From NCBI GenBank assembly GCA_032718475.1, contig JAUCBJ010000550.1:1-64000 (forward strand): a stretch of 64,000 bases of DNA, in the 5' to 3' direction. A program made the translations under genes and the position numbers. Positions 12,140 through 24,730 of this stretch are shown here, one piece after another. The notes beneath the pieces were generated by a model. That model had not been told where the DNA came from, ran no database searches, and saw only the letters and a list, made by a program, of their open reading frames with translations. The stretch is from Nemertoderma westbladi (Eukaryota; Animalia; Xenacoelomorpha). Within the stretch, counting starts at the first letter, position 1. Every line of letters starts with the position of its first letter.

Positions 12140-13450
12140 GCGCTTTAGGTCAATGGGTACAAACAAAGGTCAATGGGTACAACGAGTCAAAGGGAACAAA
12201 ACGTGTCAAAGGTTACAACATGAAAAGGTACGACGAGACAAAGGGTACAAACCAGGCGGTCAAAGGGTAGTTAGTTTAGTTTATTTATAGACCAGACCAG
12301 CACATAATATAATTTAAACACACAAATTAAATGTACAATGTTGAACGTTCTAGTCTACGAGTTACTAATATTTCAAATAATATAAATTATACTATTAGAA
12401 TTTAAACACTCAAATTAAATGTACAACGTAGTCTACGAGTTACTAATATTTACCGTAATAGTCCCAAGTATTATCAATAATTTGATCAAAATAAATAATA
12501 CCAATTACAACTTACAGGTAATGTCCGAAAAACCTAAAACCTATATTATCGAAAGTGAATATATCATGGTCGAGTATTTTCCATACGGCATTCAAAACAA
12601 TAAATATAATACTAGTGGTGTCCTAAAAAGAAATAGATAGATAATTAAATAAATATATACAATAATTATTGTTGCTAATAACCGAAAACAATTGTTTGCA
12701 TGTATTTCAGTCACACTAAAATAGAGTAAGAATTATATTAAATCTCTCAAGGAAAAGCCTCAGAAAGTTTGTATGCCATTTCTGCACCGTCAACCCACGA
12801 CAATTTTCCAAATTCACATATGTCGTCCAAGGGACATTCGCGACGAATAGTGTCTGTCAGCTTACAGGCTGTACAAAAACGTGGTACAACATGTGGTACA
12901 AAACAGGACGTCAAAGGGTACAAACAAAACGAGTCAAAGTGTATAACATCAAAGGGTCCAACGAGTCAAAGTGTATAACATCAAAGGGTTCAACGAGTCA
13001 AAGAGTACAAACCAGGCGGTTATTTAGTTCGTATATTATTTTGGTTAGGGTTAGTTGGTCAGGCCTCAACCATAACTGATTAAAACTGTCATGTAACCCG
13101 AACCCTAAATCATAATCTAAGAAATTTAGCGGAATTTCTGACATTATTGACATCTAGGCCCGAAGGGCCGTTAACTTAGGATGATGACTTAGACTTAGGG
13201 TTACATGACAGACAGTTTTAATTAGGGTTGAGGCCGCCACTACAATAACCAGCGAGGTTCATACAGTATAAAAATCCCTGTTGTTCACTTTGTCCTGTTG
13301 TAGGCCTACCCTTTCTATAACATTTGTACCCTTTGACGTGGTTTTTGTACCCTTTGACATGCCTGTTGTTCACTTTGACCTGTTGTATCCCTTTTTCCAT
13401 TTTTGTACTCTTTGACTCAATGTACCCGCATGTACCTACAATTGACTCGG
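12140..13450. mobile_element. Foldback-like element with repeated subterminal CAAAGGGTACAA motifs
   Basis: CAAAGGGTACAA-like repeats at 12150-12270 and 12880-13015; inverted TTGTACCCTTTG copies at 13320-13440; internal GGTTAGGGTTAG. Confidence 0.55.
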
Positions 13451-13527
13451 AATCGTGGGGTGGGTAGTTTGAGTTAATAATGGCGTTATTTGGGTGGGAT
13501 GGTGGTCATACAGTACTGTACGTACAG

Positions 13528-13679
13528 TAGGGCTCCCAAACCACTGCGTTATTTAACGTGTTGCGCTATTTCCAAAAGTTTGCCTTGCGTTATTCGACTA
13601 TTATTGAGCAAAACCCATGAAAATTGCGTTAACAAAAAATTATCAGTTTTTGCGTTATATATATGTGAATGAGCCCCTA
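13528..13679. mobile_element. Small MITE-like element (TAGGGCTC...GAGCCCCTA ends)
   Basis: Short imperfect terminal inverted repeats and internal TGCGTTA repeats. Confidence 0.35.
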
Positions 13680-14241
13680 TTGCATTCCCAATACAGTAGG
13701 CCTACAGTAAAGGAATACTGTAGGGTCAATATAATTTATGAAAACAATTACGTTGAAATTACACATGCATACATCTCTAGCAATTCATATTATATTGAAC
13801 CTTTTAGACCTTAAATATAGATGCATTAGCAGCTAATTATTCTCCAGTCAGTATAATATTGTGTGATCAATATTTGAGTTATACTGTACAGAAAATTCTA
13901 ATTGTTCTCCTCCTGCGAACCTATCTCTGAACTGAACTGAATTCCAGTTCGTTTATTCCAAAAAGCCTGAAAAAGATTATTTTTTTATTACTATTATTAA
14001 TCAATTAATAAGTGTACAAAAAAATTACAGCTATGAAATTAATTGTTATTTTTTTCAATTAATTTTTTTAGATTCTATGAAGTGTTTTCGTTGCAATAGC
14101 TAGTGTTTCATTCCAAAACTTACATATATATAGCTAATTTTACTCGCGATATTTTTACCCGCGATATTTTAATTCTCTATTTTTTATTCTCGATATTTTT
14201 ACTCTCGAAATTTTAAGCCCCCCCCCCCCCCCCCCCCCCCC

Positions 14242-14841
14242 TTAATATTAATAATATAGTAGCACATTTTCTGACCAAAAAGTCGAATTTTTGAAACATA
14301 TCCTACCTGATGCAGAATTTCATGCTGAATCCAAATATGGAAACCGTTTTCCCATATGCTTATCTCTAAGAAAAGAGCTTTAGAATGAGCCTAAAACGGC
14401 CTAAAACGGCCACTAGAACTGGAGATTATACATTTTGAAGATCTCCGATGACCGATAAGTCTATTCCGTGTAATCCCGCAAAGACCGCAGAGTCGCTTAT
14501 TCGAATCCCGTCTTCATTCCGGAGACTTGAAGTTGTCTTATAAACTGACAAGTAGGTCCAATAATCATAAAAAAATACCTTCTCAATTAAAATTTTGTGC
14601 TCTTTCTCGTGGAGACAACCAATTGGCACCACTGGGCACAGAAATTTGCAGAAATTGAATGCAAACCCCAAACTTCATCGCCTTTGCCGATATCGCGATA
14701 TATCGGAGCCAGTATCTTCTATCCCAGATATCTCGAAAACTAATCTTTCCATATTTGGATTCAGCATGAAATTCTGCATCAGATAGGATATGTTTCAAAA
14801 ATTCGTCTTTTTGGTCAGAAAATGCGCTACCCTCCCCTTAA
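14242..14841. mobile_element. TIR MITE with TTAA flanks (Kolobok-like), inserted into a 15-bp tandem repeat
   Basis: ~85-bp inverted arms 14259-14345 vs 14748-14830; TTAA at both ends. The ACTCTCGATATTTTT repeat continues on both sides (14140-14215 and 14852-14960). Confidence 0.7.
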
Positions 14842-15549
14842 CTCTCTATAATTTAACTCGCGATATTTTTACTCTCGATATTTTTACTCTCGATATTTTT
14901 ACTCTCGATATTTTTACTCGCGATATTTTTATTCTCGAGATTTATAAACTCGCGATAAAAAATGTAAAAAATTATTTTAAAGAATTAATTTAGTCATATG
15001 TTCATTGACTGGACTGCACAAAATAGTTAAATTAACCGATTAGAAGGTATAACAAACATTTTAAAAATTATTATTATTATTAATAACTATAGACTTCGCG
15101 GACAAGTGAGATGAGGGCTACAGTAATACCGTACAGATACTCTTGGTAGATATTTTCCCACGAAATAAATATGGTTAATTTTATATTGTATCAATTCATT
15201 TTATTATTATTATTATTTAACATAATTAATTATATAATTATACATTAATTTATAATAAATTACAAACATATAATACTGATATATAGATATATAAATAAAA
15301 CTGTATACTATTGATATACAGTAACAGTACCGGTAATATATAAAACACACAAAGGTACCGGTATCTGCAACATGAAATAATTATTATTCCCTCATAATTA
15401 TAGTATTGCTACATATTGGAAAGTAGAAATGGACGAATATAATTTAACTATAAAAATTCTATAACGAAATCAAATTTCTGCTATCCAAAAGAGCCATGCA
15501 TGTCAGTAATCAGCTGACGACATTTACTGTACATTTACTGTTTACTATA

Positions 15550-15766
15550 GCTGGGCGCGGGTGTTCCGACCAGAAGGCCGTGAGTTCGAACCCCAGAGCA
15601 ATCCAGTATTATTTAAGCTGAGTCAGTACCCCAGTGGAGTACAAGGACAGTCTAATCTGATATAACACCGGTAGTGTAGCGGCCGTCTGACTGTCAAAGT
15701 GAAAGTATCTTGCCAGTATACATACCGCGCTCATAGGTTGAGCTACTTCCCTGTGCTATGGATATG
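15550..15766 (+). mobile_element. tRNA-derived SINE-like element (decayed)
   Basis: Pol III B-box GAGTTCGAACC at ~15582 in a GC-richer island; no complete cloverleaf. Confidence 0.45.
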
Positions 15767-15814
15767 TACCAAGGACTACCGGTACTCTACTTAGAGTACC
15801 GATAGTCCTTGGTA
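15767..15814. mobile_element. 48-bp TA-bounded hairpin mini-element
   Basis: TACCAAGGACTACCGGTACTCTA-CT-TAGAGTACCGATAGTCCTTGGTA: 23-bp stem with one mismatch. Confidence 0.75.
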
Positions 15815-16439
15815 GGCGCAGTAGGCCTATATTATAACTAGAAAGGATTGAATAGCAATAGAGAGGGAATGAGAGTTTTCGAACTTGGAATTAATAGTGT
15901 CGAGTGTCGACTCAACCTTCAATAACAGATAGAGATCAAGAGAGTTGTATCCGGGTTTACTTTACAAGTTGTACACAAAACAAATACCAATTTTTCTTGA
16001 ATTTAATAAATTTGTTATCCTCACCTGACGTGGTTCCTGAGAAATCCCCATTCTGAGGGAAGCAAATACAGCATAGCAGTACGTCAGCTGATCACTGATT
16101 GAATACAAACTTATCGTACCAAAGCGCTTCTACACTACTACTAATTTCCAGATACATTATACAACAAACTACTAACTACATACACTATGGACCATGTATA
16201 TTATATATACAGTAACCCAATTAGACTGAACTACTAATTCTAGAGCTATTAATAGCTACTGTACCTATGTAGGCCTATATTATATTAGCGATAGGCCTAC
16301 CTCTTCGAGTGTAAATAAAACGCACGATTAATCGCCATCTCAGGCTAAAATTAGCAAAAATATTGCATCTGGAATATTATGGTGACGATTATCATTTATT
16401 GTTAAAATTTAAAAGTTTTAAAGTACTGTAGGCCTATTA

Positions 16440-17150
16440 TTGGCACAATTCCGACATAAAATTGTTTTAAAGTATTATTGGCACAATTCCGAAAATTCAA
16501 CATTTTAAAGTTAAAATCATTTTAAAGCATCATTGGCACAATTCCTAAATATAACATTTTAAAGTTAAAATCGTTTTAAAGTATTATTGGCACAATTCCG
16601 AAATTTAACATTTTAAAGTTAAAATCGTTTAAAGTATTATTGGCACAATTACTACAAAATCGTTTTAAAGTATTATTGTCAAAATTCCGACATTTAACAT
16701 TTTAAAGTTAAAATCGTTTAAGGTATTATTTGCACAATTCCGACAAAATCGTTTTAAAGTGTTATTGGCACAATTCCGAAATTTAACATTTTAAAGTTAA
16801 ATCGTTTAAAGTATTATTGGCACAATTACTACAAAATCGTTTTAAAGTATCATTGGCACAATTCCTAAATTTAACATTTTAAAGTTAAAATCGTTTTAAA
16901 GTACCATTAGCACAATTCGTAAATTTAACATTTTAATGTTAAAATCGTTTTAAAGTATCATTGGCACAATTCCTAAATTTAACATTTTAATGTTAAAATC
17001 GTTTTAAAGTACCATTAGCACAATTCCTAAATTTAACATTTTAATGTTAAAATCGTTTTAAAGTATCATTGGCACAATTCCTAAATTTAACATTTTAAAG
17101 TTAAAATCGTTTTCAAGTATTATTGGTACAATTCCGAAATTTAACATTTC
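16440..17150. repeat. AT-rich ~54-bp tandem repeat (with ~37-bp deletion variants)
   Basis: TTGGCACAATTCC..TTTAACATTTTAAAGTTAAAATCGTTTTAAAGTA repeated ~14 times. Confidence 0.92.
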
Positions 17151-17633
17151 TAGCTTATCAGTTAAATCATATGCTCAGCTGTCTGTTTTGAACTGGCTTG
17201 TGTAATAATGGGGTCCCAAACTGTAGTACAGTAGGCCTACAGATAACACCGAAAAACATTTAACTGATTTTTTTATGATAATGCTGAAAAAAGTAAATCC
17301 TCTCACTGAACTCAGATACATATTTCGATTCGACAATCGTTTTAATGTGAAATATTTTTATTTCAAATTCACTGTTTACAATATCTGGTCATTTTCCATT
17401 CTGATAACTGTAATGGTACGTCACTGACAATTTGCTAAATTACAACATTTTCTGATAAATGAAATTGTTCATAATATACATTACACTGACTAACAATATC
17501 TAAACCACAAAGTACCTCCATTCGCATTCGTAACTGAACCAAAACATTTAGACCAAATCATTTGGAATTCCTCAGGATGGACACCTGTGTATTAACCAAT
17601 TATTCATTCAATCCAATATATTTTCAAGCAAAT

Positions 17634-20600
17634 TTAATTATCTTGCTGCAGTGATAATAAATTGACCCTCTGTTTGACCTTTTTCTGATCGGCGATCTGA
17701 TCTCTGAGTTCCAACAACTGGCCACTGAGTGCAGCTACGCGTTCTGTTGTGGCCGCCAGCTGAACTTGCAAAGACCTTAACTCTGATTCCTGACTGTCGC
17801 CATCGTCTGCAGCCAATGACAGGGCGCGCATTCTCGGGAACCAATCATGATTACGACTCTCCACCAATCCGTGGACATACCATTCGGGCCCTGTAAACTC
17901 AGTAGGATCTTTCACTCTAACGAGCACTATAAAATAAAGGTAACTCCACATGTTGTGTTCTAAATTAATATGTTCTTCAAACGACACTGTTCTATTATCA
18001 AAAGCGCTTCTATCAAGCGAGCAGATGAAACATGTATTTTTCAGGATTTCGTCGCGTTGCTGTTTATCACCTCGGAGATCGGCAAAAGTGTCGATGATGA
18101 CTCCGAAAATAAGGTTAAGAGTGATGATGATGACGATGAAAAAGAACAGCAAATCGTATATGACACGAACGATAAAGAGGGGTTCAGAAGAAGATGGGTG
18201 TCTAAGAACATCACCAATGCCTCCGCCATTGCGTAAGCCTTGATTTAAAGTGGTAATGATACACATTATTAGAGTGTCGCAAGCGAGTTCTTTAAGATCA
18301 TCATCATCTTGGATGACGTTTGTACCATTAATGATTTCAGTGACAAAACTGTATCCATCGTGATGTACACCATCATCATCGGGATCGCACTTGTCATCTA
18401 GACAAGCGCCGGCCTCCTGAGGAACTGGATCAACTTCAACCATAAAGTCTTCTCTAAAAAGGAGGTAGCCTACAATAGAAAATAGATAGACAAGAATGAC
18501 AGCCAGAACAGCGGTGAGGACAATAGAGCGACCATTGCGAGTAACAGAACGAATTACGTTGAAAAGAGTTTCTTCTCTGTATACAACGTCAAATAGTAGG
18601 ATACTGTAAACAAAAGGATGTACATAGATTCCCAGAACAATGATCACAGTATAGCCAATATGGTAAAGGAATTCACCATCTGAAATGACTTTGGATATAC
18701 CTTTGCTAATTGTACCTCTGTTTCCCAAATAACTAATAATGAAAATTATTTTATTCATGACATTAATTACACCAAGTGTGAACAAAACTGGTACAATTCC
18801 TAAGGAATAAATTAAAGTGAATATCAGTGACAACACAAAAGATCTAAGACCAGTTATTCGAGGTATAAAGATCAATGTTAGAGTAGATAGAAATAGAGCA
18901 GTCCAAATAAGTATCAAAATTCGCTTGTCTAAATCGTAATCGGTGGCCTCAAATGGATAGAATAGGGCCACAATAAGGTTACTGATAACAGCCAAATTAA
19001 ATGCAATGCTCCCCCATAAACTCATCCTTTGGCTTAAGAAGAACAAGACGGAATGCTCTCTGAGTCGACATTGCCATTTCATTTCCCAAAACATATCATC
19101 ACAGTGCTGATAGAAAGCCGGCACCTTGCTGCCCTGATCGTCACGCTCTGTCGTTAAGTAGGCCTGGTTTTTGGTCTCATCTGTGAGGAACTGACAGACC
19201 CGGGGAATGGGAAACACGATCTGTTCCAAAGAGTGGCCAGCTCGCACTACTTCAATCTGGGCTGTTCTTTTCGCATAGTAGCTAAGAGCTTCGTCTGATG
19301 TGTTTTCAAGTTTGCCATCAGTTTTCAATTCAGTCATCAACTCCTTGTTGTGTTGAGCTAATTGGTGGGCTAATATATATACATTGTGGCCGACAGATTG
19401 GGACGATGATTCTTTGCCACTGATTATATCGTCTGATGATATTTCTGACTCCATTGAACTGCATCTTTCTAAACTATATGCAGTTTTTATAACATCTATA
19501 AGGTCTTTTGTACTCATATTGTAGAGAATACGTTCGGCAGTCTCGGAGTCATTTCTGCTTTCCATAATAGCTAGTAAGAGTTTTGAAGCATTGTCTTTGA
19601 CATCCAACACCAAATCCATGTGCTTAAATCCCAGTGGGTTAATGTCATTTATAACCAAAGCAATAATTATATCGATGCCATTACTTTCATGTGTTGTTAT
19701 GGCAGTTTGATTGTCATGGCAAGGTCCTTGGCAATATTCTGTTAGGGTCTGCAATGTTTGATTGACTAAATGGACATTGTATTCGTTGATGTAAAGGCCC
19801 AGTAATCCGAGACCCCCAGTCGTGCTGCCACAAATGCAATCCAAAAACTGAAGGCATCCGCAAACCATGTTAAAGTTGGTGCGACTTTCTTGGGATCGCA
19901 GGTAATTCTGCAATTTAATGTTATGGTTTTCGCATAAAAGTTGAAGGAATCTCAGAATTGGTTGCATCACTTGTACAGGAGAACTCAAGGTTTTTCTTGG
20001 TTCCGATTTGTTGGTTTCCACATCTAGAATCGATTGAGATTGAGCTGATATACCCAATATAGCTTTTGTTGAACTATAATTATCACCTGCGGACTTATTA
20101 AGATTAGATGTAAATGTACCTGGCCTTTTTAAAGATTGTTTTCTTGGCTGCTCATCCTCTGTCACCGTATGAATGGACACTCCAGCCTTGATTTCAGCCA
20201 TAGCCTCATTAATTTTGTCATAAAATACCGCAAAGAACTTCTCAGCTTTGTTTTCACTACAAAGTAATTCGAAGAAAGACTGCTGAATTATTCCATTTCC
20301 TCCTTCGAGTAAAGCGATGCCTAACTCTACTGTACCTATAAAGATAGCAATATCTGTGGTGTGGATCACTAAGTTTACTATAAGACGACTAGCTCCTTGA
20401 CTATCAAGGTTACGCTGAATTTGACTCAGTGATAGATCAGATCGCCCTTTAGCCGGTAATACCTTAAATTCACCATTTACTTCGTGTACATTCAATGTTC
20501 CAAAATACCACTTAAGTAATGAGAACCGAAGCTGTTTGCTTTTCAAGTTGAACTCAACATCCTCAATTGAAACACCTGGAATTAACATTTCTTTTAGTAT

Positions 20601-22301
20601 TTTAAGAACCTTTATACAAAGTTTATCCTCATTTTGCTCTTCGAGATGATCTGTGTGTTTGATGAATGTAGCTATGAACCCACCAGATTCACAGTGTAGG
20701 TATGGCTCTGTGTCTTTAGGGAAAAGAAAGGATGGATTGTGCAGGACATCAACCAGCACTGAGAGTTCGGCTTGAATGAACATCTTGAGGCGATTATCAA
20801 GACTTTTTACAACATTGAGCAGGCCTCCAACAATATTGCGATAATCTCTCGACATTCCGACCAAAGAGTCTCGATCAAGAGTACGGCTGCGGAAAGGTTT
20901 CAAGAACCCCCACTTACTGGAATACATATTGGAATGGAATTCGACATCTTTGGGGATTGGTAATTCCTGTACGTGGCAAATATTGATGAGAACTTTAACG
21001 CAAGACTCAACAGCAAACCGTTGATTCCCTGTTAACCAGGAATAAGAAGCAATAGTGCTCATTGATTCAACTAGTTTTTGTATTGCCGTTTTTCTTAATT
21101 GAACGGCAGAAGTTTGATCGAAATAGGGACTCTTGAAAAAGGCGTTTACAACATTAGCTATTGTATCCGTAACATAATGTTCTAGTTTGACGTCAATATG
21201 ACAGCGATCGGAACCGGGCGAGCTAATTCGTCTGATATCCAGGAGGAAGTTGTCAAAAAGTTGCCACATATGGTTGGAGATATATATTTCCTTCATTTCA
21301 ACTTCTGTATCGATGTAGCAGTGGTTGAGAAAATTTATGTATGAATCCTTCACCTCTGGAAGGCAGTCTGGATGAACAACAACAGCTGTTATTGTGTCAA
21401 GTGGTAGGAGAGAGTGGCATTTAATTTCTGTGAAGACATTCTTACCTTCCGTGCATACTGCCAACAAACGCACAAGGTGGATATGGAAGAGTAGAGGCGA
21501 TGTTGGATTGGTTGTATCTCGGAACGACCGCATCATAGCAACCAAAGTATCCAATGCCTGCACATCGTTATAGAAGAGAAGCACTTCATCACCCGAGTTG
21601 CTAAGTTCAGCCATCAACATATCTTGCGTCTTTCTAATGAATCGACCGTCACATTTCACTATTGTTTGCAAAAACTTAATGTACGTAATATTTCTGCCAT
21701 AAACTTCAATGCAACGTACAATATGCTGCACAATTCGCTCACCAACACTGTTACACAACTCAAAATTGTTAAAAAATATTAGTCGACACGTTTCTGTTTC
21801 CAAGAGAGAAAGAAAACTTCGGTCACCATGCTGGCAAAACATAATCCTATCTAGATAGCGAAATAGTAACGACTGGTTGTTGGAGTTGTTCAGACAAAGA
21901 TTTTGCAGGAAACTGTGGCATAAACGTTTGATCTCGTTCATCCGTAGATCGAAAGGATCGCAACTCATGTCGAGCAGCTCGAGAACAACCGAATGAGCGC
22001 CCATATTCTTGAGTAGCTGTTGTTCGTGTCTCCTGCTGCGTCTACCGGTAGGCCCATAATCGACACACAGTTTTATCAACCTGATTAAAATGTTCTGCAG
22101 TCGAACGTAGTTCTGTAAGGAACTCGATTCTATTCGAGGTCCGTGTTGTAAGTCTAGAGGAGCTCCTTCTTTGCCGAGTTTCTGGATTACATTCTGGCCT
22201 GTCTCGTTGTCCTTCCGTTTACTAATTTTCTCCCCTTTCGCTGGTCTATAGATCCACAACTCCGATTTCTCCTCTAGTAGACGAATTTCATCCAGATCTC
22301 T
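17634..22301 (-). CDS. ITPR: IP3 receptor terminal exon (4668 bp; ARM2-3/RIH-associated region, 6 TM channel, Zn finger, C-terminal coiled coil)
   Basis: Acceptor CAG|AGAGATCTG. Motifs LLAVCTEGKNVFTEIKC, FLQLLCENHN, GGLGLLG, TEYCQGPCHDNQ, pore GLRNGGGIGD, LIFGVIIDTFADLR, CFIC...HINLEHNMW. Confidence 0.98.
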   Translation of the reverse strand, partial: RDLDEIRLLEEKSELWIYRPAKGEKISKRKDNETGQNVIQKLGKEGAPLDLQHGPRIESSSLQNYVRLQNILIRLIKLCVDYGPTGRRSRRHEQQLLKNMGAHSVVLELLDMSCDPFDLRMNEIKRLCHSFLQNLCLNNSNNQSLLFRYLDRIMFCQHGDRSFLSLLETETCRLIFFNNFELCNSVGERIVQHIVRCIEVYGRNITYIKFLQTIVKCDGRFIRKTQDMLMAELSNSGDEVLLFYNDVQALDTLVAMMRSFRDTTNPTSPLLFHIHLVRLLAVCTEGKNVFTEIKCHSLLPLDTITAVVVHPDCLPEVKDSYINFLNHCYIDTEVEMKEIYISNHMWQLFDNFLLDIRRISSPGSDRCHIDVKLEHYVTDTIANVVNAFFKSPYFDQTSAVQLRKTAIQKLVESMSTIASYSWLTGNQRFAVESCVKVLINICHVQELPIPKDVEFHSNMYSSKWGFLKPFRSRTLDRDSLVGMSRDYRNIVGGLLNVVKSLDNRLKMFIQAELSVLVDVLHNPSFLFPKDTEPYLHCESGGFIATFIKHTDHLEEQNEDKLCIKVLKILKEMLIPGVSIEDVEFNLKSKQLRFSLLKWYFGTLNVHEVNGEFKVLPAKGRSDLSLSQIQRNLDSQGASRLIVNLVIHTTDIAIFIGTVELGIALLEGGNGIIQQSFFELLCSENKAEKFFAVFYDKINEAMAEIKAGVSIHTVTEDEQPRKQSLKRPGTFTSNLNKSAGDNYSSTKAILGISAQSQSILDVETNKSEPRKTLSSPVQVMQPILRFLQLLCENHNIKLQNYLRSQESRTNFNMVCGCLQFLDCICGSTTGGLGLLGLYINEYNVHLVNQTLQTLTEYCQGPCHDNQTAITTHESNGIDIIIALVINDINPLGFKHMDLVLDVKDNASKLLLAIMESRNDSETAERILYNMSTKDLIDVIKTAYSLERCSSMESEISSDDIISGKESSSQSVGHNVYILAHQLAQHNKELMTELKTDGKLENTSDEALSYYAKRTAQIEVVRAGHSLEQIVFPIPRVCQFLTDETKNQAYLTTERDDQGSKVPAFYQHCDDMFWEMKWQCRLREHSVLFFLSQRMSLWGSIAFNLAVISNLIVALFYPFEATDYDLDKRILILIWTALFLSTLTLIFIPRITGLRSFVLSLIFTLIYSLGIVPVLFTLGVINVMNKIIFIISYLGNRGTISKGISKVISDGEFLYHIGYTVIIVLGIYVHPFVYSILLFDVVYREETLFNVIRSVTRNGRSIVLTAVLAVILVYLFSIVGYLLFREDFMVEVDPVPQEAGACLDDKCDPDDDGVHHDGYSFVTEIINGTNVIQDDDDLKELACDTLIMCIITTLNQGLRNGGGIGDVLRHPSSSEPLFIVRVIYDLLFFFIVIIITLNLIFGVIIDTFADLRGDKQQRDEILKNTCFICSLDRSAFDNRTVSFEEHINLEHNMWSYLYFIVLVRVKDPTEFTGPEWYVHGLVESRNHDWFPRMRALSLAADDGDSQESELRSLQVQLAATTERVAALSGQLLELRDQIADQKKVKQRVNLLSLQQDN

Positions 22302-22844
22302 CTGTGGTATAATAACAAAGAAATTTAATTACTATTATCAAAAAAAGCAAAAGCTATATATTAATAATAATAATATAACTATATGATAATGTTATATTAT
22401 ATTAATAATGAATTTAATTACACGACATTACTAAAGAACAACGGATATATGAAACTGGCACAAGCGGATTTAACTATTTGAAAAACTACAACAATTATTT
22501 CTTGCCATTTATAATAATCACAAAAAAATAACTTAAATAAAGAGCGTTTGTTTAAAAATGTTTCCATTTTTTTATTAACACTAGTACCTTACTGTATTTC
22601 ATGTACAAGAAGCTACTTATTCAAGATGATACAAATTAAATGTTATTATATCTTGCCTGAACTGAACATAAATATCAACAAAATTATTTAGAAGTGAAAA
22701 TCTCCCAAATCTACTAATTATTATGATCCAAAGTAGAATGATAGTATAATAATTCAGGTACTGTAATTTTATATCTATTTAGATGGATATTAACAATTAT
22801 TATAATTATACGACTAACGGTCAATATATTTCAAAATAACTCAC

Positions 22845-23027
22845 CTTAATTTGTCTATAATTTTCCACATCCTCATTGGATATCAGCAATTGTATTTGTT
22901 TGAACGACATCATCATCTCTTTACGTTGAGAGAAATGGCGGAAAAGAAGATGCAGAGCGCTGCTTGTTAGGGGGGCGTAGTCGTGCATGGTTAGAGACAG
23001 TAGAACGCGTAGAACGCGGCACCCACC
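22845..23027 (-). CDS. ITPR: ITPR exon ([20 protein letters not shown]...ENYRQIK)
   Basis: AG/GT boundaries, phase 0-0; matches the ITPR LRVLLHLTMHDYPPL...FRHFSQR motif. Confidence 0.95.
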
Positions 23028-23591
23028 CTAGAATTATAATAATAATAATTCCATAATATATAGGTAATAATCAATTTGTAATAAATCTATTAATTTTAAT
23101 TAATTAAATTAATAAATTTTCGCGATAATACAAAAAAGTGCAGGAGAACTTTTCAACATCTTCAAAAACCTTTCAAACGGGGATTTCGGGGTCGGAGATT
23201 TCAGTTCCGATGTCAGTTTTTATATTTGATTGAAATATAACATAACTATAACATAGCTTACTGTTATACTAATATCCATAGAACCCTTACTGCACATACA
23301 CCAAAGTGTTACGCAGGGTTCATGACGTAAGACAATGGTCACTTAACATATGAGGCGTTGTACGATTGTTATTATCAATACCCAGCAACGCCCTGCAGGA
23401 ACTACAAAAAGGACTTGCAGTGTACCTGCTACTACCGCCTGTGCGTGTGCATAAACTTGTTCTATGGCAGGCAACTGGCGATTGGAAATATGGTTGATAA
23501 TGTAGATTAATTGGGTGGGTTACATGGTTGATTACAAACTATATTGTGCGAAGTGGCAGTGACGGCTGGCGTGTCAATGTAAATGGATTAC

Positions 23592-23739
23592 CTGGCCATC
23601 TAAATCAAGTTCATTATCTATCGGCATATCACCGAACATCTCTTCCGCTTGAACCGCTATGCCTTCTAAGTCAACGCTGCCATCATCTCTCGATTCCGCG
23701 TTAAATTCCCGTTTATATATAGATAATAATGTTGACATT
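23592..23739 (-). CDS. ITPR: ITPR exon (MSTLLSIYKREF...ELDLDGQ)
   Basis: AG/GT boundaries, phase 2-0; KREF and LDLDG motifs. Confidence 0.93.
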
Positions 23740-24012
23740 CTAAAATAATAACAAACAAGTAAATTTATCTCACGTACCTAAACATAAATTGATAATTATT
23801 TGAGGAGCACATAGAGGGCCATCTGAAATTCGTTAGTGTAAAATAAGTAAATTTTCTTCTCGTAAAAGTAAAATTTCGCCAGGGTTTACGCACAAAGTCT
23901 AACAACATATTTCCAGCACGTTTATGGACATATGTATTTAATTGTATATGTATTTATAGACAGTATTAGTACAATTTAGAAGAGGAAAAGCGTTCATCTT
24001 CATATAGCTAAC

Positions 24013-24232
24013 CTGTAGTCCAGTCTCACATTGATAATAAAATCTATTATTTCAGTGATGCGAAGTTTAGTCAACAGTACAAACTCATCAGGTTTATCGG
24101 TGTTATCATGTTGCGATGCAACGGCAGCCCCTCCTAGAATGATGTTGGTTGGTAACACCGACATCGCCCTAATTGATGACGCTATGGATTTACTTTGAGT
24201 CGAATCAGATAAGAAACCGGACCGGTCGAATC
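24013..24232 (-). CDS. ITPR: ITPR exon (...TKLRITEIIDFIINVRLDYR)
   Basis: AG/GT boundaries, phase 1-2; matches ITPR [20 protein letters not shown]. Confidence 0.93.
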
Positions 24233-24730
24233 CTGATAAAAAATATATAATATTTCAGAAAGATATTTTTAAAGAAATTACAATTTGTAATAACGTCTGT
24301 TACCTGAACTATGAAGTTAATATATTTTTTATATTGTTTTTGTATATTATTTTTTTACAATTTTTTCTTACTTTTCTTACAAAATTGTGTTTAGTTCTGC
24401 TTAACCCAATCCAACTACCACAAGGAAAACAACTGCACCAATGACCAAACCCAACTAACTACAAGTTCTACAAACAATAGGCATAGCCTATATTATTCGA
24501 TTCAGATAAAAAAGTGAGTTCGTTGTGCTCGTTTCCATGGTAAGGAATACTAGTTTAAAAAAAATAAAAAATAATAGCAATTTGCTCAAAATGCGCCAAT
24601 AATTAATTAAATAACATTTTTTCGTCCAACTTTCCGCCAATTTATTAAAGAAACACGTGATTTTGTGCGTAAAAATAGAACGCTGTGGGGACCAAGGGAG
24701 AACATTTAGATTTAAAATATGAACATTCAC

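Noticed and set aside
17634-22259. Ryanodine receptor or standalone retrocopy (GGGIGD pore, intronless)
   Set aside because: Upstream exons with IP3-binding motifs splice in frame, and GGGIGD also occurs in invertebrate ITPRs.
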